A DNA stretch of 64,000 nucleotides from an uncultured Chloroflexia bacterium. Lineage in GTDB: Bacteria > Chloroflexota > Limnocylindria > Limnocylindrales > CSP1-4. Shown here piece after piece: positions 30,376 through 40,216 of this stretch (the first letter of the stretch is position 1; the number at the start of each line of letters is the position of its first letter). Position numbers and translations under genes: made by a program. The stretch is from the NCBI GenBank assembly GCA_963819655.1, contig CAWFXA010000003.1:672001-736000 (forward strand), given 5' to 3'. Below the pieces are notes generated by a model. The model was not told the DNA's origin, ran no database searches, and saw only the letters and a list, made by a program, of their open reading frames with translations.

Positions 30376-31710
30376 CTAGCGCCGATTCCCCATGAGGCTG
30401 CCGAGCGCGCCGCGCCGACCGCCTCCGGAAAGCTGCTTCATGAGTTTCTGCATCTCGCCGAATTGCTTCACCAACCGGTTGACTTCCGGCAGGCTCGTGC
30501 CCGCGCCCGCCGCGATGCGGCGTCGACGCGAGCCGGTCAGGATCGCCGGATCGCGACGCTCGGCCGGGGTCATCGCCCGGATGATCGCCTCGGTCCTTTT
30601 CAAGTCACCGCGGTCCACCGCGGCCTGCGCTTCCCCGGCCATGTTGCCCATGCCCGGGATCATCGACATGATCTGGCCGATCGGCCCCATCTTCTGGACC
30701 TGCTGGAGCTGATCGAGCATGTCCTCGAGGGTGAAGCTCGCCTTGCGGAGCTTCTCGTCCATCTGTTGCGCCTGGTTGACATCGAATGTCTCCTGCGCCC
30801 GTTCGACGAGCGTCAGGATGTCGCCCATCCCGAGGATGCGGCCGGCAAGCCGGTCCGGGTGGAAGGGCTCGAGAGCGTCGGTCTTCTCGCCGGTGCCCAG
30901 GAACTTGACCGGGAGCCCTGTGACGGCGCTGATGCTGAGGGCGGCCCCACCGCGGGCGTCGCCATCGATCTTGGTGAGGATGAGCCCGGTCACCGGCACG
31001 GCCGCGACGAAAGCCTGGGCGACGGCGACTGCCTCCTGGCCGGTCATGGCGTCGACGACAAGGAGCGTCTCGACCGGCTTGACCGCCGCATCCACGGCGG
31101 CGATCTCCTGCATGAGTGCCTCGTCGACGCTGAGCCGGCCGGCGGTGTCGAGGATGACCACGTCGCGGGTCCCCCGCTTGGCTGCCTCGACGCCCTGACG
31201 GGCGATGTCCGGGACGGACGTGCCCTCGGCCGCGCGATAGACGGGGACGTCGAGTTGCTTGCCGAGCGTCTCGAGCTGGTCGGCGGCGGCGGGCCGGTAT
31301 GGGTCGGCCGCGACGAGGAGGGGTCGCCGCCCCTGTTTGATGACGTAGCGCGCCAGCTTCGCCGTGGTCGTCGTCTTGCCGGAACCCTGCAGGCCGACCA
31401 TCGTGACGACGGCGGGGTTGCCCGAGAGATGGAAGACGCGGTCGCCGGTGCCGAGCAGGTCGACCAGCTCGTCGTGGACGATCTTCACGACGGCCTGCCC
31501 CGCGGTCAGGCTCTGGAGGATGTCCTGGCCGAGGGCCTTCTCGCGGACGCGGCCCACGAAGTCCCTGACGACCTTGAAGTTGACGTCGGCTTCGAGCAGC
31601 GCGAGACGGACCTCGCGCATCGCGGCATCGACGTCGGCCTCGCTGATCCGGCCTCGGCCGGTCAGCGTGCCGAGCGTGGCTCGGAGGCGCTCGCTGAGAG
31701 TGTCGAACAC
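30376..31710 (-). CDS. ffh: Signal recognition particle protein Ffh
   Basis: ALLEADV, GLQGSGKTT, DTAGR, TKIDGDARGG and a Met-rich M domain. Confidence 0.97.
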   Translation of the reverse strand: MFDTLSERLRATLGTLTGRGRISEADVDAAMREVRLALLEADVNFKVVRDFVGRVREKALGQDILQSLTAGQAVVKIVHDELVDLLGTGDRVFHLSGNPAVVTMVGLQGSGKTTTTAKLARYVIKQGRRPLLVAADPYRPAAADQLETLGKQLDVPVYRAAEGTSVPDIARQGVEAAKRGTRDVVILDTAGRLSVDEALMQEIAAVDAAVKPVETLLVVDAMTGQEAVAVAQAFVAAVPVTGLILTKIDGDARGGAALSISAVTGLPVKFLGTGEKTDALEPFHPDRLAGRILGMGDILTLVERAQETFDVNQAQQMDEKLRKASFTLEDMLDQLQQVQKMGPIGQIMSMIPGMGNMAGEAQAAVDRGDLKRTEAIIRAMTPAERRDPAILTGSRRRRIAAGAGTSLPEVNRLVKQFGEMQKLMKQLSGGGRRGALGSLMGNRR

Positions 31711-31922
31711 GGCCCGATCAGGACTCCGTCATCGTGGTGGACCGACCGTGGTCGCGGGTCGCGCGGCGTCGGGCCGGGTGATGCGCGGGTTCTGGCGCAT
31801 CGAGGCGGGGGCAGTGTAGCGCAGGGTTACCGGAGGCGCGCCCGTGACGATGGTCCGGTGCGGGCGCGCCATCGCCGGTGCCTCGCCTCGGGGGGACGTC
31901 CCGCCGCTATGCTGCGCGCTCC

Positions 31923-33233
31923 GTGCGCAATCCCTTCACATCTCCACTCTGGCAGAACCACGCCTTCGTTCGGGTCTGGGCGGCGGCGAGCATCTCGATC
32001 TTCGGGTCGCTGGTCACCCGGATCGCCCTGCCGCTCGTCGCGATCCTGACGCTCGGCGCAGGCCCGATCGAGGTCGCCGTCCTGCGCAGCATGGATGTCG
32101 CGGCGGCCCTCGTGGTCGGCCTGGTGGCAGGCGCATGGGTCGATCGACTGCGGCGCCGGCCGGTCCTCATCTGGGCCGACCTCGGACGGGCGGTCCTGCT
32201 TGGCTCGATCCCGATCTCGTTCGTGCTCGGGACGCTCGCGCTGTGGCAGCTCGTGGTGGTCGCGGCGATGGCCGCCGTGCTCACCACGTTCTTCGACGCG
32301 GCCGATAACGCGTACCTGCCGACCATCGTCGCGCGAGAGCGGCTGGTCGAGGCGAACAGCGCCCTTGCGGCGAGCGGCTCGGTGGCCGAGTTCGCAGGCT
32401 TCGGCATCAGCGGGTTCCTCGTCCAATTGATGACCGGCCCGATCACGATCGTGATCAACGCCGTCACGTACCTCATCTCCGCCGTGCTGCTGCTCTCGGT
32501 CCGGCGACCGGAGGCACCACCACCGCCTCGCTCCGAGCGGGAACCCGTCCTCGACGAGATCCGCCACGGGCTGCGACTCGTGCGTGGCGACCCCGTGCTC
32601 CGGGCCTTCGTCGGGGCACAGATGTTGATGTCGATGCTGTGGGGCGTCTTCGGTGCGACCTGGTTCCTATTCGCCCTCGATGACCTCGGTGTCAGTCCGG
32701 CGCTGATCGGCGTCATCGCGGGAGCCGGTGGCGCGTCGTCGTTCATCGGGGCGCTGGTGGCGACGCGATCGACACGACGATGGGGCGTCGGTCCGGTCGC
32801 CATCGCCGCGATGTTGCTGGCGGCCGCGGGCAACCTGCTGATCCCGCTCGCACCTGCAGGCATGCCGCTTGTCGCGGTCGCGTTCCTGCTCGGGCAGCAG
32901 CTCGTCGCCGACTCGGCCATCACCGTCTACGACGTGACCGAGACGTCCGTTCGCCAGTCGCTCGTCGCCGATCGCGAGCTCGGCCGCGTCACCTCGACAT
33001 TCCAGGTCGCGTCGGCCGGCGCCCAGCTGGCGGCGACGATCGCGGCCGGGCTGCTAGCCGAGGTCATCGGGCTGCGCCTGACGTCGTTCCTCGCACCGCT
33101 CGGTGGCCTGCTCGCCGCCGCGATCCTGTTCTGGTCGCCCGTCCGCTATCTCCGCGAGTTGCCAGTCATGGACGATCGACGTCCCGCCAAAGTCGTCGTC
33201 GACGTCGAACGCGATCAGCCGCCGGGCGCCTGA
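31923..33233 (+). CDS. MFS transporter
   Basis: ~12 hydrophobic segments; motif A GAWVDRLRRRPV. GTG 9 nt after TATGCT. Confidence 0.88.
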   Translation: MRNPFTSPLWQNHAFVRVWAAASISIFGSLVTRIALPLVAILTLGAGPIEVAVLRSMDVAAALVVGLVAGAWVDRLRRRPVLIWADLGRAVLLGSIPISFVLGTLALWQLVVVAAMAAVLTTFFDAADNAYLPTIVARERLVEANSALAASGSVAEFAGFGISGFLVQLMTGPITIVINAVTYLISAVLLLSVRRPEAPPPPRSEREPVLDEIRHGLRLVRGDPVLRAFVGAQMLMSMLWGVFGATWFLFALDDLGVSPALIGVIAGAGGASSFIGALVATRSTRRWGVGPVAIAAMLLAAAGNLLIPLAPAGMPLVAVAFLLGQQLVADSAITVYDVTETSVRQSLVADRELGRVTSTFQVASAGAQLAATIAAGLLAEVIGLRLTSFLAPLGGLLAAAILFWSPVRYLRELPVMDDRRPAKVVVDVERDQPPGA

Positions 33234-33691
33234 GCCAGGAAGTCCGCAGCGGCTGCTCGCAGATCGGACTCAGACACGAACTCATGTACGTCGAGGAACC
33301 CTTCCGCCGTTTGCCCGAGATCACTGAGCGCGTCCGCGTAGTCGGTATCGACCCACAGACTCCACAGAGTCGCCGCCGCCGACTTCGGGTCCTGTCGTCC
33401 GTCCAAGAGCTCCGCCGCGACCGATCCCGCATACCGAACAGCGGCCTCTTCGAACGTCATGGCGCCGAGACCGAGAGCGGCAAGAGCACGGTCGAGGTCG
33501 TTCTCGAGTTCCCGATCATCCACTCGATCATCACCGGCAACGATGGCAACTTCGGGAAGGTCGATACCCTCGAGGAGCAACCCGACTGCTGCCTCAACCA
33601 CCTCCGTCGATGCACGCACTCGTCGAAGGCGAAAGCGAGCCTCCGCGTCGCGCAATCGATCCAGCCTGGCCGGATCGACGGGCGAGCCCAT
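33215..33691 (-). CDS. Hypothetical acidic helical protein
   Basis: 158-aa ORF coupled to ftsY by a TGATG overlap, with protein-like composition. Confidence 0.7.
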   Translation of the reverse strand: MGSPVDPARLDRLRDAEARFRLRRVRASTEVVEAAVGLLLEGIDLPEVAIVAGDDRVDDRELENDLDRALAALGLGAMTFEEAAVRYAGSVAAELLDGRQDPKSAAATLWSLWVDTDYADALSDLGQTAEGFLDVHEFVSESDLRAAAADFLAQAPGG

Positions 33692-34800
33692 CAGGCGAAC
33701 AGCGCCTCGACGAAGGCGTCGGGGTCGAACGGCAGGAGGTCGTTGATGCCCTCCCCGACCCCGACGAAACGGACCGGGACCTTGAGCGCGTCCTCGATGG
33801 CGAACACGATCCCGCCCTTGGCGGTCGAGTCGAGCTTGGTCAGCACGATGCCGGTCAGGCCGACCGCCTCGTGGAACGCCTTCGCCTGTGACAGGCCGTT
33901 CTGGCCAGTGGTCGCATCGAGCACGAACAGCGTCTCGGGTTGGGCGTCCGGGAGCCGCTTGTCGATGATCCGGCGGATCTTGGTCAGCTCATCCATGAGG
34001 TTCGACTTCGTGTGGAGCCGGCCGGCGGTGTCGGCGATGACGAGGGTCGCCCCGCGCGCCACGGCCGCGTCGAGCGCGTCGTACACGACAGCGCCGGGAT
34101 CGGCGCCGGGAGCGTGTGCCACGACGGGAACGCCGGCTCGGTCGGCCCAGATCCGAAGCTGATCGATCGCGGCGGCACGGAACGTGTCCGCGGCAGCGAG
34201 GATGATCGACTGCCCCTCCTCGAGATAGCGCGCGGCGAGCTTGCCGATCGTCGTCGTCTTGCCGGTGCCATTGACACCGACGACGAGGACCACCGCAGGC
34301 CCGCCGGATGGCGTCGGTCGCGGCGTCCAGTCCAGGTCCCGCTTGACAAGAAGCGCCGCGAGCTCGTCGCGGATCGCGGCCTCGGGTCCATCGGGGTGCC
34401 GGCGACTGCGCGCCCGCTCCACGAGGTCCATCGCCAGCGCCGCGCCCACGTCGCCCGCGATGAGCGTCTCCTCGACGTCGTCCCAGGCCGGACCGTCGAC
34501 GCCGCCGAGATAGCCGCGGAGCTGGGTCATGAACGTGCCGCGCGTCCGCTCCAGGCCCTGATCGAGCGTGTGCGCGGGGGCGACCGCGAGGAACGCGGTC
34601 GGGTCGAATGCAGCGTAGCCCGGTTCTGGCTCGGGTTCCGCGGGCGTCTGTTCTGGGGCGGACGCGGGCTGTTCTGGGGCGGGCCCCTCGAGATCGACCG
34701 GTTCAGGCGGGGCCCCGTCCTCCACCGGAACCTGCTCCCCGGGCTGTACCTGCTCCCCGGGCTGTGCCGAGTCCTCGGAACGCCGGCGCCAGAACGGCAT
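33691..34800 (-). CDS. ftsY: SRP receptor FtsY
   Basis: GVNGTGKTTTIGKL, DTFRAAA, DTAGR and TKLDSTAKGG; acidic Pro-rich N-domain. Confidence 0.96.
   Translation of the reverse strand: MPFWRRRSEDSAQPGEQVQPGEQVPVEDGAPPEPVDLEGPAPEQPASAPEQTPAEPEPEPGYAAFDPTAFLAVAPAHTLDQGLERTRGTFMTQLRGYLGGVDGPAWDDVEETLIAGDVGAALAMDLVERARSRRHPDGPEAAIRDELAALLVKRDLDWTPRPTPSGGPAVVLVVGVNGTGKTTTIGKLAARYLEEGQSIILAAADTFRAAAIDQLRIWADRAGVPVVAHAPGADPGAVVYDALDAAVARGATLVIADTAGRLHTKSNLMDELTKIRRIIDKRLPDAQPETLFVLDATTGQNGLSQAKAFHEAVGLTGIVLTKLDSTAKGGIVFAIEDALKVPVRFVGVGEGINDLLPFDPDAFVEALFA
34730..34765. repeat. Perfect 18-bp tandem repeat in ftsY (QPGEQV x2)
   Basis: ACCTGCTCCCCGGGCTGT at 34730 and 34748. Confidence 0.85.
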
Positions 34801-37800
34801 CAGCCCGCCGCGCTGAGCTCGCGGCGCTCGGACGCGAGGGCCTGGGCCTCATCGAGTCGCAGGCTGATCACGCGCGACACCGAGTCGTCGCCGACCGTGA
34901 CGCCGTACAGCGCATCGGCCGCCTCGATCGTGCCGCGGTTATGGGTGATGACGATGAACTGGGTCCGATCGGCCAGGCTCCGAAGCGCCTCGGCGAACCG
35001 GCCGATGTTCGCCTCATCGAGCGCCGCATCGACCTCGTCGAGCACGCAGAACGGCACGGGTCGCACCTCGAGCATCGCGAACAGGAGCGCCACGGCCGTC
35101 AGGGCACGCTCCCCGCCCGAGAGCATCGCCAGGGCCTGCTGCTTCTTGCCCGGCGGGCGGGCCACGATCTCGACACCGGTCGACCCGAGATCGCTCGGGT
35201 CCGTGAGTGACAGCTTCGCGAACCCGCCGTCGAACAATTGCTCGAAGCGCCGCTCGAACGCAGTCTCGAGGGCGGCGAACGTCGTGCGGAACTGGGTCGC
35301 GATCATCGTGTCGAGCTCCACGATCAGCTCGCGCGTGCGACCGATCGCCGATCGCAGGTCGTTGCCCTGGGTCTCGAGCGACTCGAGTCGCGCCTTCAGC
35401 TCGGTGTATTCCTCGACGGCATACGGGTTGGCCGCACCGAGCTCGTGGTAGCGGCGCCGCAGCTGCGCAAGTCGACCGGGAGTCGGCGGCGCGTCAGTGG
35501 GCGCCTCTACGGACCATCTTTCGGAGAGTGCCGTCAACGCCGACTCGAGAGCGGTCGAGTCGTCGGCCTCGCTTTGGGTGGCGGTATCGGCCTCGACCGT
35601 CGCCTCGGGGAGCGCGATCCCGAGGCTCGCGAGTCCGAGCTCGCCGAGGCCCGCCAACTCGATGAGGACGCTGTCACGGAGCGACTCCAACCCGAGCCGG
35701 GCCTCCAGCTCGGCGTGGTCGGCGGCGCGCGCGCGCTCGTCAGCTGCCCGGAGGCGATCGCGGGCGGAGGCAGCAGCCCGTTCCGACTCGGCCAGTCGCG
35801 CGCGATCAGCTGCGTCCGCGGCGTGGAGCGCCAAAAGTGCCTCGCGAGCCTCGCGCTCCCTGGTCGTGGCCGTCGCGATCTCGGTGCTGATGGCGTCCCG
35901 CTCGGACCCGAGGGCATTCTCTCGTTCGACGAGCGCCTCGGCTTCGCGGTCGGCACGGGCGGTGCGCTCCTCCGCGATCGCGACGGCAGCCTCGGCCCTC
36001 GCCCGGGCATGCTCGGCATCCCGGCGCTGGGCGTCGTGACTGGCCGATCGGGCGGCGAGGCGGTCTCGACGCTCGCGGAGCTCGGTCGCGCGTGACTCCC
36101 ACGCGGTCAATGCGGAACGCTCGTCCCCGATCGGCTGGTCGATCGCGGGCTCCCCGTCGGTGAGGGGCTCCGTCGCGACGGACTCGCGAAGCCGCGTGAG
36201 CTCCGCGTCGAGTCGGGCCTGCTGTGCTTCGTGCCAGGCTGCTTCGCGCGCCACCGCTTCACTCTCACGGAGAGCCGCCCGCTCGGCCTCATCGGTCCTC
36301 CGTCGGTCGGCCACCAGCCGCGTCTCCTCCGCACGGGCCTCATCGAGTGCGGCGCGGGCCGTTGCAGCTCGTTGCTCGGCCGCTGCGGCCGTCGTGCGCA
36401 GCTCCGCGAGCTCCGCCTCGGCGCGCTCCAGCTCGGACGACACGCGCGCGTGTTCGGCCCGGCGATCGAGGACCGGGTCGGATGTCCCGAGGGCGAGACC
36501 CGTGTCATCGAGCACGGCTGTGCCATCGCGCGGGACGGCCACCCACCCAGGCGGCATCGAGGATTGGAGCGCGAGGCAGTCGTCCAGGTCGGGGAGCCAT
36601 ACGGCGCGCTCGAGCAGGCGCCGGACGCCCCCGGACCCATCGCGTCGGACGCCGTCGGCCAGCCGCCCGCCACCGGCAGCCGCGACGGCATCGAGCCATC
36701 GGCGGGTGAGTGCATCCGCCGCCGGGCCGTTCCCCGTCAGGCGTTCCTCGACCAGGAGGTGCCCGCGTTCGCCAGCCAGGGCGGCGACCTGCTCGGCGGC
36801 GACAAGATAGGCCCGCACCCGATCCGCCAGCGCCGCTTCGATCGCGCGACGCAGCGCGGGGTCGACTGTCAGGTCCTCGTCGAGACGCCGGCCACCGCGC
36901 TTGCGCGCCGCCCGGGCGATCGGACGGTGCTCGTCCTCGTCCAGATGCGATGCGAGTGCCTCGACCCGCCCCCGCAGCGCAGCGACGCTCGCTGCCGCAC
37001 TCGCCAGTCCCTCGGCCGAGGCCGATCGGTCGGCCTCCGCCGATCCCGACGCGAGGCGCGCGGTCTCGCGCGCGGCCTGGGCATTGCGCTCCGCGCCGGC
37101 GGCGAACTCGAGCGCGCGACGAGCCGCCTCCGTTCGTCCAAGGACCTCGTCGCGTCGGGCGACGGCGGTCGTCGCGGCCGCGTGTTCCTCGGCAGCTCGC
37201 CGTTCCGCCTCCGCGAGCCGACGTGTGGCGGTCTCTGCCTCCGCCGCCCGGATCGCCTCGGCACGCCGGACCGCTGCCGCATCCTCGTCCCGGGCTGCCG
37301 ACGCGGACCGCAGCGTGGCAAGCTCGGCCAGGGCTTCCGCGAGAACCCGATCGGCCTCGGTCACGGCCGCCTCGAGATCGACGTCGCGAGCGGGCACAGG
37401 CGCCGCCATCGCGCGTCGCTGGCCCGCGGCGTCAGACTCGGCAGCCGCGCGTTCGTCCGCCAGCCGGACGCGGTCGCGCTCGATCGCCTCGAGATCCGCG
37501 GCAAGCCGCCCGTCGCGCAACTGGAGCCCGGTCAGGATCGACCGTGCGGTCTCGTTGGTTTCGCGTCGCGCGCGCTCCAGCTCGGCGCGTGCAGACAGCT
37601 CGTCGGCCAGCGACGCGGCCGTCGCCTCGGCCTCCTCGAGCTCGGCCATCGCCCGCTTCGCCTCGGCCTCGGTCGTGGCGCGTCGTTCCGTTGCGACAGC
37701 CAGCCTCGCCGCGGCGTCATGCCAGCGGGCGTGGCTCGAGGCAAGCAGCGCCGCTGCCAGCTCGTCGGCCACCGACGAACGCGTGGTCTGCTGTTCCGCC

Positions 37801-38444
37801 TGGGCCGCCAGGCGACGTGCCTGCGGCCTGAGCTCGGCCAGGATGTCGTCGACCCTGGCGAGGTTCGTCTCCGACTCCGCCAGCTGATCCTCGGCCTTGC
37901 GCCGGCGTCGCTCGTGGCGGCGGACACCGGCGACCTCCTCGAACAGCGGGCGCCGCTCCTCGGGCCGCAGCGCGAGGGCCTGGTCGACCATGCCCTGGCC
38001 GATGAACAGGAACGCGTTGTCGGCGAGGTGCGCCGCGTCGAGGAGGTCGACCAGATCGCGCAGGCGGATGCGCTGCTTGTTGAGCAGGTATTCGTTCTCG
38101 CCACTGCGATACAGGCGCCGGCCGAATTCGAGGACCTGGAAGTCGACGGGCAGCAAGCCGTCAGCGTTGTCCAGGACCAACGTGACGTCGGCCATGCCCT
38201 GGGCTGTCCGCTTCTCCGATCCGGCCCAGATGACGTCTTCCGCCTTGCGCGAGCGGAGCGCGCGACCCTGCTCGCCGAGCGCCCAGCGGAGCGCGTCGGC
38301 CAGGTTGCTCTTGCCCGAGCCGTTCGGTCCGACGACTGCGCTTATGCCGCCGCCGAACTCGACCTTGGTCCGCTCCGCGAACGACTTGAACCCCTGGACA
38401 CGCAACGCGAGAAGGCGTGGCGGTGCGCTCTGCTGCTCGATCAT
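34800..38444 (-). CDS. smc: Chromosome segregation ATPase SMC
   Basis: GFKSF, GPNGSGKSN, long coiled coils, LSGGE, VLDEVDAALD and ITH; rnc-smc-ftsY synteny. Confidence 0.94.
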   Translation of the reverse strand: MIEQQSAPPRLLALRVQGFKSFAERTKVEFGGGISAVVGPNGSGKSNLADALRWALGEQGRALRSRKAEDVIWAGSEKRTAQGMADVTLVLDNADGLLPVDFQVLEFGRRLYRSGENEYLLNKQRIRLRDLVDLLDAAHLADNAFLFIGQGMVDQALALRPEERRPLFEEVAGVRRHERRRRKAEDQLAESETNLARVDDILAELRPQARRLAAQAEQQTTRSSVADELAAALLASSHARWHDAAARLAVATERRATTEAEAKRAMAELEEAEATAASLADELSARAELERARRETNETARSILTGLQLRDGRLAADLEAIERDRVRLADERAAAESDAAGQRRAMAAPVPARDVDLEAAVTEADRVLAEALAELATLRSASAARDEDAAAVRRAEAIRAAEAETATRRLAEAERRAAEEHAAATTAVARRDEVLGRTEAARRALEFAAGAERNAQAARETARLASGSAEADRSASAEGLASAAASVAALRGRVEALASHLDEDEHRPIARAARKRGGRRLDEDLTVDPALRRAIEAALADRVRAYLVAAEQVAALAGERGHLLVEERLTGNGPAADALTRRWLDAVAAAGGGRLADGVRRDGSGGVRRLLERAVWLPDLDDCLALQSSMPPGWVAVPRDGTAVLDDTGLALGTSDPVLDRRAEHARVSSELERAEAELAELRTTAAAAEQRAATARAALDEARAEETRLVADRRRTDEAERAALRESEAVAREAAWHEAQQARLDAELTRLRESVATEPLTDGEPAIDQPIGDERSALTAWESRATELRERRDRLAARSASHDAQRRDAEHARARAEAAVAIAEERTARADREAEALVERENALGSERDAISTEIATATTREREAREALLALHAADAADRARLAESERAAASARDRLRAADERARAADHAELEARLGLESLRDSVLIELAGLGELGLASLGIALPEATVEADTATQSEADDSTALESALTALSERWSVEAPTDAPPTPGRLAQLRRRYHELGAANPYAVEEYTELKARLESLETQGNDLRSAIGRTRELIVELDTMIATQFRTTFAALETAFERRFEQLFDGGFAKLSLTDPSDLGSTGVEIVARPPGKKQQALAMLSGGERALTAVALLFAMLEVRPVPFCVLDEVDAALDEANIGRFAEALRSLADRTQFIVITHNRGTIEAADALYGVTVGDDSVSRVISLRLDEAQALASERRELSAAG

Positions 38445-39226
38445 GCCGGTCGCCGCTGACGCTCGCGTCGGTCGGCACGGCGGGATCGGCGGCCCGCGTC
38501 GGGTCGGGTCGCGCGCCCTGCCCGTTCGGCGGCTCGCTCGGCACGGATCCGCTCGATGGCCTGGGCGGCGGCCGACGTCTCGGCCGTCCGACGGGACGGT
38601 CCCTCGCCGGCACCGAGGATCTCGCCCTCGATCCAGACCTCGACGCGGAACGACTTCTCGTGGTCGGGACCGGATGCCTCGACGAGCCTGTAATCGGGGC
38701 GTTCGCCGGATCGCCGTTGTGTGTATTCCTGCAAGCGTGACTTCGGGCTCTTGAGCGAGAGGACCGGCTCCTCGAGAGACAGCTCGGGGTCCGCGAGGTC
38801 CTGCAGCCAGCGATGCACCAGCTCGTAGCCGAGGTCGAGGTACAGGGCCCCGGTCAGAGCCTCGAACGAGGAGGCGAGCAATGAGGGTCGGCGACGCCCG
38901 CTGCGCTGCGACTCTCCCTCGCCCAGCAACAGGTACTTGCCGAGCTCGATGCGACCGGCGAGCCGGGCAAGCCCGGACGTCGATACGATGGCGGCACGGC
39001 GCGCCGACAGGGCCCCCTCGTCTTCGTCCGGGTGGCGCGCATAGAGCGCCTCCGAGATGGTCAGGTTCACGACGGCATCACCGAGGAACTCGAGCCGTTC
39101 GTTGTGGCCGCGCGCGGCATCCGGGTGCTCATGGAGCCACGATGAGTGGACGAGGGCCTGCTCCAGCAGATCGAGGTCGCGAACCGGGAGCCCGAGGCGT
39201 TCGGCGACGTCCTGACCGGGACGCAC
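38441..39226 (-). CDS. rnc: Ribonuclease III
   Basis: HNERLEFLGDAV, FEAL.GALYLD and dsRBD (KSRLQE...GPDH). Confidence 0.96.
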   Translation of the reverse strand: MRPGQDVAERLGLPVRDLDLLEQALVHSSWLHEHPDAARGHNERLEFLGDAVVNLTISEALYARHPDEDEGALSARRAAIVSTSGLARLAGRIELGKYLLLGEGESQRSGRRRPSLLASSFEALTGALYLDLGYELVHRWLQDLADPELSLEEPVLSLKSPKSRLQEYTQRRSGERPDYRLVEASGPDHEKSFRVEVWIEGEILGAGEGPSRRTAETSAAAQAIERIRAERAAERAGRATRPDAGRRSRRADRRERQRRPA

Positions 39227-39245
39227 CTCGGACGTGGCCGACCGG

Positions 39246-39482
39246 TTAGGAAGAGTGCTCGTCGATGTAGTCGACGGCGTCCTGGACGGTCCGGATCTTC
39301 TCCGCGTCCTCGTCCGAGATCTCCGTCCCGAACTCCTCTTCCAGGCTCATGATCAACTCGACGAGGTCCAGCGAGTCGGCGTTGAGGTCGTCGACGAACG
39401 AGGCCTCGGGCTTGACCTCATCCTCGTCGGCGCCGAGCTGCTCGACGACGATCTTCTTGAGCCGGTCGTACGTTGTGGCCAC
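39246..39482 (-). CDS. acpP: Acyl carrier protein
   Basis: [20 protein letters not shown]; GTG after GAGGAGG. Confidence 0.97.
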   Translation of the reverse strand: MATTYDRLKKIVVEQLGADEDEVKPEASFVDDLNADSLDLVELIMSLEEEFGTEISDEDAEKIRTVQDAVDYIDEHSS

Positions 39483-39918
39483 TGACTCCCTCCTCGGAGC
39501 TGGGTGCTGGGGAGATCGTCCCGAGAACGCCGTTCATGAGGCGTCGCATCGGCTCTCCGCTGTAGACGCGTGCCAGCTCGACCCACTCGGCGATGGCCAC
39601 CCGGGCCGGCGTGGCGGAGTGTAGCACCTCACCGATGGCGGTTCGGAGCAGCGCGCGGTCCATCTTGGCGAGGCCGGTGACCGGATAGCGGGGTGCGACG
39701 CGGGTGATCGCGGCGTCGATGTCGGCTCGGTCGCGGGTCACGGCCGCGACCAGCTCGCGGGCGAGCGCCGCGGCCAATTCGTCGCGCTCGGTCTCGGCCA
39801 GGTGACGCTCCAGGATGGCGTCGGCGGTGCGTTGCCCGAAGTCGGCCTCGAAGATGGCCGCCAGCGCGAGTCGTCGTCCCGTGCGACGTCCGCGCTGCTT
39901 GTCAGCCTCCGACGCCAT
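39418..39918 (-). CDS. nusB: Transcription antitermination factor NusB
   Basis: [32 protein letters not shown] and MNGVLG. Its 3' end overlaps acpP by 65 nt. Confidence 0.88.
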   Translation of the reverse strand: MASEADKQRGRRTGRRLALAAIFEADFGQRTADAILERHLAETERDELAAALARELVAAVTRDRADIDAAITRVAPRYPVTGLAKMDRALLRTAIGEVLHSATPARVAIAEWVELARVYSGEPMRRLMNGVLGTISPAPSSEEGVSGHNVRPAQEDRRRAARRRRG

Positions 39919-40216
39919 CGACGATGACCGTCACGGCCCCGAGGTCGAGCCCGAGCAGGCGTTCGATGGTCGCGGCCACGGCTGTCCGGACCTCGGCCGC
40001 CAGCGGTCCGAGCGTGTGACCGGGGCGGGCGACGATCCGCAGGCGAACGAGCACGCGATCGTTGACGACCCGGACGCGGACGGCGGGTCCGGCCAGCCAG
40101 CCGCGCCAAGACGGACCGCCGTACCCGACGCGGGCCACGCCGGGGACCTCGAATGCCGCTGTCTTGACGAGCTCGGCGATGACACCCTTGCCGACCGTGA
40201 GGACGGGACCGCTCAT
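39902..40216 (-). CDS. Asp23/Gls24 family protein
   Basis: VIAELV..AA.EVPGV...VR.AV...IE...GL....V.V.V.GV; ATGA overlap with plsX. Confidence 0.8.
   Translation of the reverse strand: MSGPVLTVGKGVIAELVKTAAFEVPGVARVGYGGPSWRGWLAGPAVRVRVVNDRVLVRLRIVARPGHTLGPLAAEVRTAVAATIERLLGLDLGAVTVIVDGVGG

Noticed and set aside
31711-31922. SRP RNA next to ffh
   Set aside because: No CAGG..GNRA..AGCAG domain IV motif was found; the gap holds two divergent -10 elements.
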